From Zestosphaera tikiterensis (lineage in GTDB: Archaea > Thermoproteota > Thermoprotei_A > Sulfolobales > NBVN01), in assembly GCA_003056265.1 (NCBI GenBank), contig NBVN01000009.1:1-28453 (forward strand): a DNA stretch of 28,453 nt, read 5' to 3'. This document shows, piece by piece, positions 16,733-25,464 of the stretch. The stretch's first letter is position 1. The number at the start of each line of letters is the position of its first letter. The notes below the pieces were generated by a model, which was given only the letters and a program-made list of their open reading frames with translations, was not told the DNA's origin and made no database searches. The position numbers and the translations under genes were made by a program.

Positions 16733-17914
16733 ATGGGTTTAATACTTAGGCATGCCCACATAATAACGCCAACCCACGAAATACGGGACGGCTATATAGT
16801 TATTGATGAGAATGGAGACATAAGTGAGGTTGGTTGGGAACCTCTAAAGAATGAATTAGGATATGACGAACTATCCCTCGACGGTTATTTAGTTGGTCCT
16901 GGATTCATAGATACTCACATACATGGCTTTAAAGGTATAGACGTTATGAACGCGTCAGCAAGCGATATGGTTAAGTTAGCTAAGGAATTAACGACCCGCG
17001 GGGTCACGTCCTTCATACCAACTACTGTATCGGCTCCCCATGAAGACTTACTTAAGGTGTGTAGAGTCGTTAAAGAAGTTATGGGCTTCAACGACATCTA
17101 CGGAGCTAGGATTTTAGGCTTACATCTCGAGGGGCCCTACATAAACCCTGAAAAAGCTGGAGCGCACAATAAAGACTTTATACGTGACCCTAACGTAACC
17201 GAATTTAATCAATACCTCCTAGAGTCAGGGGGGTTTATAAGGGAGGTTACTATAGCTCCAGAGCTTCGAGGTAGTTTAGACTTCATAAAATACGTAAGTA
17301 GTAAGGGCGTGGTTGTTCAAGTAGGTCATACGGAAGCCTCATATGAAACCACTTTAAAAGCCATAGCTTACGGAGCTAGTAAAGCAACACATCTCTACAA
17401 CGCTATGGGGTCGATACATCATAGATCGCCTGGAGCTCCTATAGCCCTTCTATCATCTAAGGAAGTCTTCATAGAGTTGATAGCTGATTATATCCACGTA
17501 GCACCTGAAATGCTTAAGTTTACGATAGATTACGCAAGACATGATAGGGTGGTTTTAATTACGGACGCCATTTCAGCTGCGGGGTTAGGGGACGGTGATT
17601 ATCTACTGGGAGGTCTTGAAGTCGTTGTAAAGGACGGCATAGCTAGGTTGAAATCCACAGGAGCCTTAGCCGGGAGTACGTTAACTATGGATAAAGCGTT
17701 GAAGAACGTAAGGGCTTTAGGTTATAGTTTAGAACAGACCTTCACCATGCTTTCAACCACCCCAGCGAAATCCGTAGGCGCTGTATTTAAAGAGAGGGTA
17801 GGTCTTATAAAGCCCGGTTTCAAAGCAGATCTGGTAGTTTTGAATAACTCGTTAGATGTTGTTGCTACGTTCGTAAACGGCAACCTAATATATAAGGGAA
17901 TGTTGCCGGTTTAG
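16733..17914 (+). CDS. nagA: N-acetylglucosamine-6-phosphate deacetylase
   Basis: 393 aa. NagA blocks present: 'PGFIDTHIHG', 'LHLEGPYINPEKAGAH', 'VGHTEASY', 'THLYNAM', 'ELIADYIHV', 'LITDAISAAGL', 'GSTLTMD'. Confidence 0.85.
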   Translation: MGLILRHAHIITPTHEIRDGYIVIDENGDISEVGWEPLKNELGYDELSLDGYLVGPGFIDTHIHGFKGIDVMNASASDMVKLAKELTTRGVTSFIPTTVSAPHEDLLKVCRVVKEVMGFNDIYGARILGLHLEGPYINPEKAGAHNKDFIRDPNVTEFNQYLLESGGFIREVTIAPELRGSLDFIKYVSSKGVVVQVGHTEASYETTLKAIAYGASKATHLYNAMGSIHHRSPGAPIALLSSKEVFIELIADYIHVAPEMLKFTIDYARHDRVVLITDAISAAGLGDGDYLLGGLEVVVKDGIARLKSTGALAGSTLTMDKALKNVRALGYSLEQTFTMLSTTPAKSVGAVFKERVGLIKPGFKADLVVLNNSLDVVATFVNGNLIYKGMLPV

Positions 17915-17955
17915 CGGTCAAGCATTTATAACCTTCTCTAAACTACTTTAATAGC

Positions 17956-19791
17956 GTGATGATTGTGGGAGGCTTAATAGCTGTTAAATCAAAGAAGGGA
18001 ATTAACGCCATAGAGGCCTCTTTAGAGAGCCTTAAGAGAATGGAATTCCGTGGTAGGGATTCCAGCGGGTTGGCGTTCTTAATTCAAGGCAAGATAGAAG
18101 TGATTAAGGATGCCGTCCCTGTAGACATATTAAGCAAGTCTTACGACTTAAGCAGTTTTAAATCTGACGTAGTGTTAGGACATACCAGATATTCCACACA
18201 CGGTAAGGCCGATAAGGTGAACGCGCATCCACATATAGACTGTAGAGGGTCTGTAGCGGTGGTGGGTGACGGGGCTTTAATAAATTATGAGGACCTCCTG
18301 ACTAAATTGCTTAGTGAGAATCATTTAGTGAGGTCTAAATGCGATTTTGAGGTAGTGCCTCATTTAATAGAGTTTCTAACGGTTTCCGAAGGGTCTTCGT
18401 TATTAAAAGCTACTTTAGATGCGTTTAAGTTTTTAAGAGGTGTTTTCTCATTAGCTGCGTTGCTTTCCGACGGGCATATCGTAGCTTACACGAGTAAGCA
18501 ACCGCTTTACGTTGGTGAAGGTAATGAATTCACATCAATAGCTTCTACTAAGTCAGGTCTTTACGGGATAGCTGAGGTTTACACAACTCTTGAGGATGGT
18601 GAGGTATTGCTTCTAACGCCGGGAGGTGATATGAAGTTCGTTGATAGCGAGGGTCGGACAGTGTTTAAGGTTTTTAAACCGCTTGACTTAAGCCCTTCGT
18701 TGGTTAGTACGGATGGGTACCCCCACCACATGCTTAGGGAGGTTTATGAAATCCCCTACGCTATTTTAAGAACGTACTCAGCAGTGCAGAGGAAATACCT
18801 TGAGTTGGTGGGTAGGGTCTTAGCGCAAAGCGATAACGTATACGTAGTTGCTAACGGCACGAGCTTACATGCGGGTATGATATTCGCTTACTACCTCTCT
18901 GAGTTAGCTGGTAAGGTACCTATAGTCATCAGCGCTGCTGAGTTTCCATACTATTACGTAGATAAGGTGAAGGTTGGTGACGCTGTAATAGCTGTAAGTC
19001 AGTCTGGAGAGACTAGAGATGTTTTAAAATCGGCTTACGAGGCTAGACTACATGGAGCTACGGTAGTAGGTTTAACTAACAACATAAACTCAAGACTAAC
19101 TAGGTTCTCCAACATCTACTTACCTATAGGAGCTGGGCCTGAAATCTCAGTACCGGCTACTAAGACCTTCACCTCAACAGTTGTTTTACTGTATATGGTG
19201 GCGTTGGCTACGGCTTTAGCTTCTAAAACGTTAAGTTCTGAAGCCCTCGATAAAGTCTTCGAGGATTTAAGCAACCTATCGTCAACTCTACTAAGCGTTA
19301 TAGATAAGTTAAACGCCGTAGCTAAAGAGAAGGCTAAGTTAATAGCTGGTAAACGCAGTGGGTACGTAGTTTCTAGAGGTTTAACATACCCCCTAGCTTT
19401 AGAAGCAGCTTTAAAAATAAAGGAAGCTTCCTACATCCACGCCGAGGGGGTGCAGGGAGGGGAGCTTAGACACGGTCCTATATCAATACTCGATAAGGAT
19501 ATGTTCACGATATTTATAGAACCTCTTGAGGAGGACGCAGCGAGAGATATACATAAGTTAGCAAGTGAGGTTTTAGATTATGGAGCTTCAACGCTACTTA
19601 TAAGGTCTGAAGGTTTAGTGGACGTTAAGGAAGTCAACCTTGAAGTTATTGAAGTACCGAAATCCAGTAACAAACACCTAACGGTGATACCGCTCTCTCT
19701 AGCTGCGCAGTTGCTGTCTTACTGGATCGCAAACTACGTTGGATCACCTATAGACAAGCCTAGGAGGTTATTTAAAGTCGTCTCCAACTAA
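17956..19791 (+). CDS. GlmS-family protein (glutamine--fructose-6-phosphate aminotransferase-like) lacking the N-terminal catalytic cysteine
   Basis: 611 aa. The two-SIS isomerase half is intact ('SQSGETRD', 'LKIKEASYIHAEG..GGELRHGP', C-terminal 'DKPRRLFKV'). The glutaminase half retains 'RGRDSSG', 'GHTRYSTHG' and 'NAHPH'. However, the protein starts 'MMIVGG' rather than 'MCGI', and 'HNG' is replaced by 'GDG'. An in-frame TAA at 17929-17931 rules out an upstream Cys. Confidence 0.8.
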   Translation: MMIVGGLIAVKSKKGINAIEASLESLKRMEFRGRDSSGLAFLIQGKIEVIKDAVPVDILSKSYDLSSFKSDVVLGHTRYSTHGKADKVNAHPHIDCRGSVAVVGDGALINYEDLLTKLLSENHLVRSKCDFEVVPHLIEFLTVSEGSSLLKATLDAFKFLRGVFSLAALLSDGHIVAYTSKQPLYVGEGNEFTSIASTKSGLYGIAEVYTTLEDGEVLLLTPGGDMKFVDSEGRTVFKVFKPLDLSPSLVSTDGYPHHMLREVYEIPYAILRTYSAVQRKYLELVGRVLAQSDNVYVVANGTSLHAGMIFAYYLSELAGKVPIVISAAEFPYYYVDKVKVGDAVIAVSQSGETRDVLKSAYEARLHGATVVGLTNNINSRLTRFSNIYLPIGAGPEISVPATKTFTSTVVLLYMVALATALASKTLSSEALDKVFEDLSNLSSTLLSVIDKLNAVAKEKAKLIAGKRSGYVVSRGLTYPLALEAALKIKEASYIHAEGVQGGELRHGPISILDKDMFTIFIEPLEEDAARDIHKLASEVLDYGASTLLIRSEGLVDVKEVNLEVIEVPKSSNKHLTVIPLSLAAQLLSYWIANYVGSPIDKPRRLFKVVSN

Positions 19792-19839
19792 AGTTAAGGT
19801 TTTATACATAACGTTCGCTCTATCACTTTAAAAGAGGCC

Positions 19840-20484
19840 TTAATACGGCATTGCTTCACGTACCATCTCATTAACCTTAAAGAACGTATCTTCAGATATT
19901 TGGCTTAAGCCCTCACGTAAGGCGAGAGTTAACGCAGAGTTTCTAAGGGTTTTTCTAAAGACTTCATTGCTTAAGTCTAACACACCTAACGCAAGCAGCA
20001 AGGAAGTTAACGCTAAGGTATGTTTACATATGACGTACTTAGCAGTTACGAAGGTGTTGTAAAGTTTATAAAGCATTTCAGGATCGTGCCTTCTAAATAA
20101 CGTGAGGAGGGCTTTCTCGGCTTTAGACGACGTCATAACTGAATCCTCACAGGAGCACTTCATTCCGTAAGGCCCTACACGAGCTACGTAAAAACTTGGT
20201 TGAAACCCTTTTAAACCGGTGCTTGTTAAATCCATACCTCCCTTCTGAGAGGCTTTAACGAACATCATACCCCAATTACCCCTTAAAACCACAACCTCAA
20301 CTTTATCTTCGAAGGTTAGGATGACTTCAGAAGCTCCTAAAACCCTCTTACTTAACGATTCAACACCGCGTGGAAACCTTAACTCCCTACTTATAAAGTC
20401 CTTTAAATAACTCTCCAACTCCCTTAACTTACTTAACCACACCGTCGAATCGATATAGCCAACGTTACTCACAAAACCACACAT
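19840..20484 (-). CDS. Hypothetical protein with SWIM-like CxC...CxH zinc-finger signature
   Basis: 214 aa. It has 'CSC' followed 40 residues later by 'CKH'. That spacing is longer than the canonical SWIM finger, so the call is tentative. I recognised no other family. Confidence 0.4.
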   Translation of the reverse strand: MCGFVSNVGYIDSTVWLSKLRELESYLKDFISRELRFPRGVESLSKRVLGASEVILTFEDKVEVVVLRGNWGMMFVKASQKGGMDLTSTGLKGFQPSFYVARVGPYGMKCSCEDSVMTSSKAEKALLTLFRRHDPEMLYKLYNTFVTAKYVICKHTLALTSLLLALGVLDLSNEVFRKTLRNSALTLALREGLSQISEDTFFKVNEMVREAMPY

Positions 20485-20596
20485 CTAACTAAAAATTCTA
20501 GTTCATGTTTAATAAAACTGAAGATTAAGGATGAAATGAAAACTTAAAACCACTTGATCTCACTTCACTCACCGATTTTACTTACTCTTACGGCGT

Positions 20597-21373
20597 TTAA
20601 CGTTGATTGAAAGCAACGACAACCGCTTTTTCATCTTTAAGGATACGTACCCTCACACCATATACGGCATATATTACTTCCTCGGTTAAAGCCTCCTCAG
20701 GCGAGCCCATAGCATATACTTTACCGTCTTTCATCACTACCACCTTATCTGAATAGCGATATGCTAAGCTAAGGTCGTGAAGCGCCATTACTACTACGAG
20801 CCTTCTGTCTCTAGCTAGCTGTTTAATTAACTCAGCAACTTCAAGCTGGTAGTAAAGGTCTAAACTTGCTGTAGGTTCATCAAGTAGAAGTATGCGTGGT
20901 TCAACCACTAAAGCCCGCGCGATTAAAGCCCTCTGGAGCTCACCCCCGCTTAACTCCGTGATCTTCTTAAAGGCTTTTTCCTCAAGGTTTACTAACTTAA
21001 GCACTTCAAAAACCTTTCTGTGATCCTTACCACCCGGCATGAAAGCTATGTATGGCTTCCTACCCGACAGTACAAAATCAAATACTGTGAAGGGGTAAAG
21101 GTGCTCAAGCCTTTGAGGTACGTAACCAAAGAGCTTAGCTATCTCCTTCCTACCCATGCTACCTAAGGATTTCCCATCGACGTATACAGACCCACTTAAC
21201 GGTTTGAAGATCCCGTCAAGCGTTTTAAGTAATGTAGTTTTCCCTGAGCCGTTAGGCCCAACAACAGACACTACTTCACCCTCACGTGCTTCAAAAGTAA
21301 CGCCCTTCAACGCTTTAAAGCTTCCGTAACTAAATTCAACGTTACCTACCTTCAGCAACACCACGCCTACCAC
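20597..21373 (-). CDS. ABC transporter ATP-binding protein (FepC/FecE/BtuD type)
   Basis: Walker A 'GPNGSGKTT', signature 'LSGGELQR', Walker B 'LLLDEPT', H-loop 'ALHDL'. It overlaps the upstream permease gene. Confidence 0.85.
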   Translation of the reverse strand: MVGVVLLKVGNVEFSYGSFKALKGVTFEAREGEVVSVVGPNGSGKTTLLKTLDGIFKPLSGSVYVDGKSLGSMGRKEIAKLFGYVPQRLEHLYPFTVFDFVLSGRKPYIAFMPGGKDHRKVFEVLKLVNLEEKAFKKITELSGGELQRALIARALVVEPRILLLDEPTASLDLYYQLEVAELIKQLARDRRLVVVMALHDLSLAYRYSDKVVVMKDGKVYAMGSPEEALTEEVIYAVYGVRVRILKDEKAVVVAFNQR

Positions 21374-22406
21374 CTAAAAGCAAAGCTATCAGGAGGGGAA
21401 CCCCCACAAGAGTTGTGGTTATGCCGACAGGCAACGTCACAGGATTTAAAACAACACGGCCTAAGAAGTCAGCAGCTAACACTATCAAAGATCCGTAGAG
21501 GGTAGCGGCAAAAACGCTTCTACGGGTGTTCCAACCCACTGTAAGCCTAGCTGCGTGAGAAGCTAGAAGACCGGCAAAACCTATTACGCCAACTAAAGAT
21601 ACTGAAACCGCCGTGAACAAAGATGAGGTAAGTAAAGCTACGAACCTAACTACCTTAACGTTAACACCGCTTGAAACAGCTACCTCATCCCCTAACGATA
21701 TTAAGTCTAAGTCCATAGATAACGCTGTGAAGAGAATAGTAGCTGCTGAAGCTATTAGTAAAAGCAACCAAACATCGAACCAACTCACACGCCCTACATC
21801 GCCGAAAGTCCAGAAAAGCAACGTAGCCACCTGCACTTCGTTGAAGTATAGGTATTGAAGTAGTGAAAGAGCTGCTTGCGAAGCAAACGAAAGAGCTATG
21901 GAAGCTAGTATCACGGCATATATAGAAAGCCCTACCGAATAAGCTAGAAAGAGTATTAGAAAAGACTGTATAGTGGCTCCAGCAAAAGCTAATGCCGACA
22001 CTACGTAGGGATTCACCATAACGACGGTGGATGATGTCGCTGACCTAGGCCCGATAATCGATATAGCTCCAAAAGCCGTCATCGCCACCCCGACGCCGAG
22101 AGCCGCCGCGTGTTGTATGCCTAGCGTGAAAGGCGACGCTAACGGATTTCTTAAAACGTTCTGAAGCGCTATGGAAGACACTCCAAGGATCGCACCAACA
22201 GCTATTGAGGTTAACCCTCTACGTAATCTCATATCGATAACCACACGTAATGGGTCTTCAAGCATTCCCCGACTACCCATTACGTTAATTAAGTCTGTTA
22301 ACGAAACCTTATAAAACCCTCCGAAACTTAACGAAGCAAGGAAAAAAGCGAACACCGCAGTTAGGAGGAGTAAATATATGACGTTTATTCTCAACGCGTT
22401 ACTCAA
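21342..22406 (-). CDS. FecCD/BtuC-family ABC transporter permease
   Basis: 354 aa and polytopic. 'LRNPLASPFTLGIQHAAALG' and 'GVIGFAGLLASHAARL' are typical FecCD blocks. Confidence 0.85.
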   Translation of the reverse strand: MSNALRINVIYLLLLTAVFAFFLASLSFGGFYKVSLTDLINVMGSRGMLEDPLRVVIDMRLRRGLTSIAVGAILGVSSIALQNVLRNPLASPFTLGIQHAAALGVGVAMTAFGAISIIGPRSATSSTVVMVNPYVVSALAFAGATIQSFLILFLAYSVGLSIYAVILASIALSFASQAALSLLQYLYFNEVQVATLLFWTFGDVGRVSWFDVWLLLLIASAATILFTALSMDLDLISLGDEVAVSSGVNVKVVRFVALLTSSLFTAVSVSLVGVIGFAGLLASHAARLTVGWNTRRSVFAATLYGSLIVLAADFLGRVVLNPVTLPVGITTTLVGVPLLIALLLGGRRGVAEGR

Positions 22407-22417
22407 TATCTACACAC

Positions 22418-23572
22418 CTAGCTACACGTGAATAGATTCGAGAGATTTACGAAGCCTACGTACCCACCGTCAATAAATCCTTGATAGATTGACTTCCCAA
22501 CAAACATCTTAAATATTTCATCCGCTTTAGCTATTGGATCCACGTCTGAAAACCTTTCAGGGTATAAAACCTTCCCTATATAGTATGCATCTGCTAGAGC
22601 TACAGCAACGTTTGAATGATAGTAGTTAAAGGGTAGGAGGCCGTAAACACGTCCTTCCTTGAAAGCCTTTAAACTACAGTATTTCTGAGGTGATTTACTA
22701 AAGTCCTGCAAGACTGTGTTTAAGTTGTTCTCATCTATGAAGATTAGATCTGGTTGCTCGGCAAGCAAGTATTCGAAATCTAAGTTGATGAACCCGCTTG
22801 ATTTAGCTACGGCGTCAGCAACGCTTTTCGTTGAAAGCCACCATAACGGAGGGTATGGAGATTGCGTGGCTGTAAATGGTTGAGCACCTCTATATGAAAC
22901 CGCTCCGACAAAAACCTTAACGACTGATGTGTTCACGCCGTCTACCCTCCTACGTAAGTCATTCAGTATGGATTGAACGTAGCTTATGAGTTCTTCTGCT
23001 CTATCAACTCTATTTAAAGCCTTCCCAAGCAGTCTAAGTGCTTTATAGAAAGCCGTTAAGTCAGAGGACGTTACTGGTGAGTAATCTACGACTATTACGG
23101 GAGCTTCCACCTCCTGCTGTAACTTATCCGGGTCGTAGAATTGGACATAGGTAGAACTCATTATAACTAAGTCTGGTTTAACTGCTAGGATTAGCTCCGG
23201 ACTTGGCGGTTTTCCAGGACCTCCCGGCCCGATAACAGGTAAGTCTTTAAAGGTGTTTGAGAAAGCCATAGCGTAATCCCTACCTACGGGACTCCACTGC
23301 TTCTCAACTTCTTCAACGCCGGCAAGCAATGAGGTAGCGTTTAAATACGTTATAAGCCTTAACATCCCAGGACCTACCGCTACAACCTTACCAACGTTTT
23401 TAGGTATCTTAACTGTTCTGTTCGTGAAATCCGTTATAGTTACGTACGTTTCCTGAGCTTCAGACACGTTAGTAGTTGGTTGCTGACCTTGCTTAAATGT
23501 TAAAGTTATTAAAGCTGTTGAAGCCACTATTAAAGCGATAACGACTAACGTAAGCATGACCTGCCTACTCAA
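22418..23572 (-). CDS. Membrane-anchored periplasmic-binding-protein (FepB/BtuF class) substrate-binding component
   Basis: 384 aa with an N-terminal hydrophobic anchor 'LTLVVIALIVASTALITL'. 'PDLVIMS' and 'PDLIFID' are the cluster A/class III SBP hallmarks. It sits in an operon with the FecCD permease and ATPase. Confidence 0.75.
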   Translation of the reverse strand: MSRQVMLTLVVIALIVASTALITLTFKQGQQPTTNVSEAQETYVTITDFTNRTVKIPKNVGKVVAVGPGMLRLITYLNATSLLAGVEEVEKQWSPVGRDYAMAFSNTFKDLPVIGPGGPGKPPSPELILAVKPDLVIMSSTYVQFYDPDKLQQEVEAPVIVVDYSPVTSSDLTAFYKALRLLGKALNRVDRAEELISYVQSILNDLRRRVDGVNTSVVKVFVGAVSYRGAQPFTATQSPYPPLWWLSTKSVADAVAKSSGFINLDFEYLLAEQPDLIFIDENNLNTVLQDFSKSPQKYCSLKAFKEGRVYGLLPFNYYHSNVAVALADAYYIGKVLYPERFSDVDPIAKADEIFKMFVGKSIYQGFIDGGYVGFVNLSNLFTCS

Positions 23573-24258
23573 GTTTCAACACCTCCAACCTTAACAGGGT
23601 ATTTAAACGTTCTTTCAATCCCCCTCCCCACCACGGCTGAGGTTCCTACGCCGGCGCAGGCCGGACATAGGTAAGTACCGTTGACTACCACGGCTTTAGT
23701 AATCATTAATAACTCCCCGCATTTACCGCATCTAACGCTTTCGTATATACCAGCCCTCTCTATAGGCTCGACCTCAACCTCCTCTATCGTAAACTCCTCA
23801 ACGGGTAGGTTAGCCATCTTATAAGCTAACTCCTCCCACACCCTACTTAATTTCTCACGATCTTCAGGAGTTCCTTCACGTCTTCGAACAACCTTATCAA
23901 ATAGCTGCAGAGCTTCACTTGAGAAATACTTAGATCTAATCCTCTCTGAATCTACGTAAACCCGCACACCCCTCCATAAACCCCTCCTAACTAAAGTTAC
24001 GGCGTTCTTCCCTAAGTCCACGTAGATCAAGCTATTATTGCCTAAGGTGCAGCCAGTCGCTACCTGAACGCCGTCAACCAAACAATTATTTACCTCAACA
24101 ATAGCTAACAACTCCTCACCGACAGTTTCCTCCTCACCCGCCCTCAACACACCCAACCTCTCCATAGCTATTTCAGACATCCTTAAACCCAAAACAAGAA
24201 ACGGACATAGATGCCCGTGAAACCACCTCGCCTTCTCAATCAAAACCTTATCAACCAT
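23569..24258 (-). CDS. FmdE/FwdE-family protein with C-terminal zinc ribbon
   Basis: 229 aa. It has the 'FHGHLCPFLVLGLRM' FmdE signature, plus 'CGKCGE...CPAC'. There is a 4-nt overlap with the SBP gene. Confidence 0.75.
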   Translation of the reverse strand: MVDKVLIEKARWFHGHLCPFLVLGLRMSEIAMERLGVLRAGEEETVGEELLAIVEVNNCLVDGVQVATGCTLGNNSLIYVDLGKNAVTLVRRGLWRGVRVYVDSERIRSKYFSSEALQLFDKVVRRREGTPEDREKLSRVWEELAYKMANLPVEEFTIEEVEVEPIERAGIYESVRCGKCGELLMITKAVVVNGTYLCPACAGVGTSAVVGRGIERTFKYPVKVGGVET

Positions 24259-24291
24259 GTTTATGCACCGTATAACCTAATTTAGTGCACC

Positions 24292-24299
24292 TATTTAAA
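24292..24299 (-). promoter_or_regulatory. TATA-like box for the fmdE-ABC operon
   Basis: TTTAAATA on the minus strand, about 34-40 nt upstream of ATG 24258. Confidence 0.3.
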
Positions 24300-24367
24300 G
24301 CTTACGTATGACTTACTCTACTTAGCTTCTACTTGTTTTGATTGATGTGTTTAATCCGTGGGTTAAA

Positions 24368-24393
24368 CTTCAATATGCACTACAATATTGAAG
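24368..24393. promoter_or_regulatory. Perfect 9-bp inverted repeat just upstream of the pdxS TATA box
   Basis: CTTCAATAT (24368-24376), an 8-nt spacer, then ATATTGAAG (24385-24393). Confidence 0.3.
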
Positions 24394-24398
24394 CTTAG

Positions 24399-24406
24399 CT
24401 TTAAAG
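24399..24406 (+). promoter_or_regulatory. TATA-like box for pdxS-pdxT
   Basis: CTTTAAAG, about 36-43 nt upstream of ATG 24442. GGTGG at 24431-24435 is a possible Shine-Dalgarno element. Confidence 0.3.
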
Positions 24407-24441
24407 GGTTCTCTGTTAAGGATTTAAGCTGGTGGTAGTGA

Positions 24442-25464
24442 ATGTCGTCTATTATTCAATCGCATGAGGTTTTGGAAAGGCTTTACGACTTACTCTACGG
24501 TTTGCTTGAGTTAAGGGATAGGTTGAGGCAGTTAGGTCTTGAGGTGTTGCCGGGTGGGTTAAGCGATTCCATAACTTTAGGTAGTGTTAAAGTTAAGACT
24601 TCATTCATAGCTATGCTGCGGAGGGGTGTTATAATGGACGTCACTAGCGTTGAGCAGGCTCAAATAGCTGAGGACGCTGGTGCGGTAGGCGTTATGGTTT
24701 TAGATAAGCTGCCTTACGACGTTAGAAGGAGTGGAGGTGTTGCTAGAACCGCAGACTTGAAGGTTATAGAGGAGATAATGAGGAATACTTCAATACCTGT
24801 ATCAGCTAAGGTTAGGATAGGGCATTTCTACGAAGCGGTTTTGCTTGAGGAGGTAGGCGTTGATTTAATAGACGAGTCTGAAGTCTTAACCCCTGTCGAT
24901 GAAAAACACCATATCAATAAGTGGGTTTTCAAAACACCTTTCGTGAATGGCGCTCGAGAACTTTGCGAAGCTTTAAGAAGGATTTCCGAAGGTGCTTCGA
25001 TGATTAGATCGAAAGGTGAGGCGGGTACGGGCAACGTCGCTGAAGCCGTAAGGCATTTTAAAGAGATATACTCGGCGGTTAGGGATTTAACGGCTCACGC
25101 ACACGACGAGGAGTATCTAAGGGATTACGCCAGAAAATGTCAAGTACAGCATGACCTCGTGTTATTAACCGCTAAACTAGGTAGGGTGCCGGTAATAACG
25201 TACGCGGCAGGAGGTATAGCCACACCTGCCGACGCAGCTTTAATGATGTGGTTAGGAGCTGACGGCGTGTTTGTGGGCTCAGGCATATTCAAAAGTAAGG
25301 ACCCGGAAAACAGAGCTAAGGCGATAGTACTAGCTACCTCATTTTGGGACAACCCTGAAGTAGTTGTTGAAGCGCAGAAGATGGTTAGCGAGAAGGAAGC
25401 TATGTTAGGAATAGACGTTAAAACCCTCAAGCCTGAAGAGTTACTGCAGGTGAGGGGTTTATGA
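24442..25464 (+). CDS. pdxS: Pyridoxal 5'-phosphate synthase, lyase subunit PdxS
   Basis: 340 aa. PdxS blocks: '[41 protein letters not shown]', 'AKVRIGH', 'IDESEVLTP', 'KGEAGTGNV', '[30 protein letters not shown]'. Confidence 0.9.
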   Translation: MSSIIQSHEVLERLYDLLYGLLELRDRLRQLGLEVLPGGLSDSITLGSVKVKTSFIAMLRRGVIMDVTSVEQAQIAEDAGAVGVMVLDKLPYDVRRSGGVARTADLKVIEEIMRNTSIPVSAKVRIGHFYEAVLLEEVGVDLIDESEVLTPVDEKHHINKWVFKTPFVNGARELCEALRRISEGASMIRSKGEAGTGNVAEAVRHFKEIYSAVRDLTAHAHDEEYLRDYARKCQVQHDLVLLTAKLGRVPVITYAAGGIATPADAALMMWLGADGVFVGSGIFKSKDPENRAKAIVLATSFWDNPEVVVEAQKMVSEKEAMLGIDVKTLKPEELLQVRGL

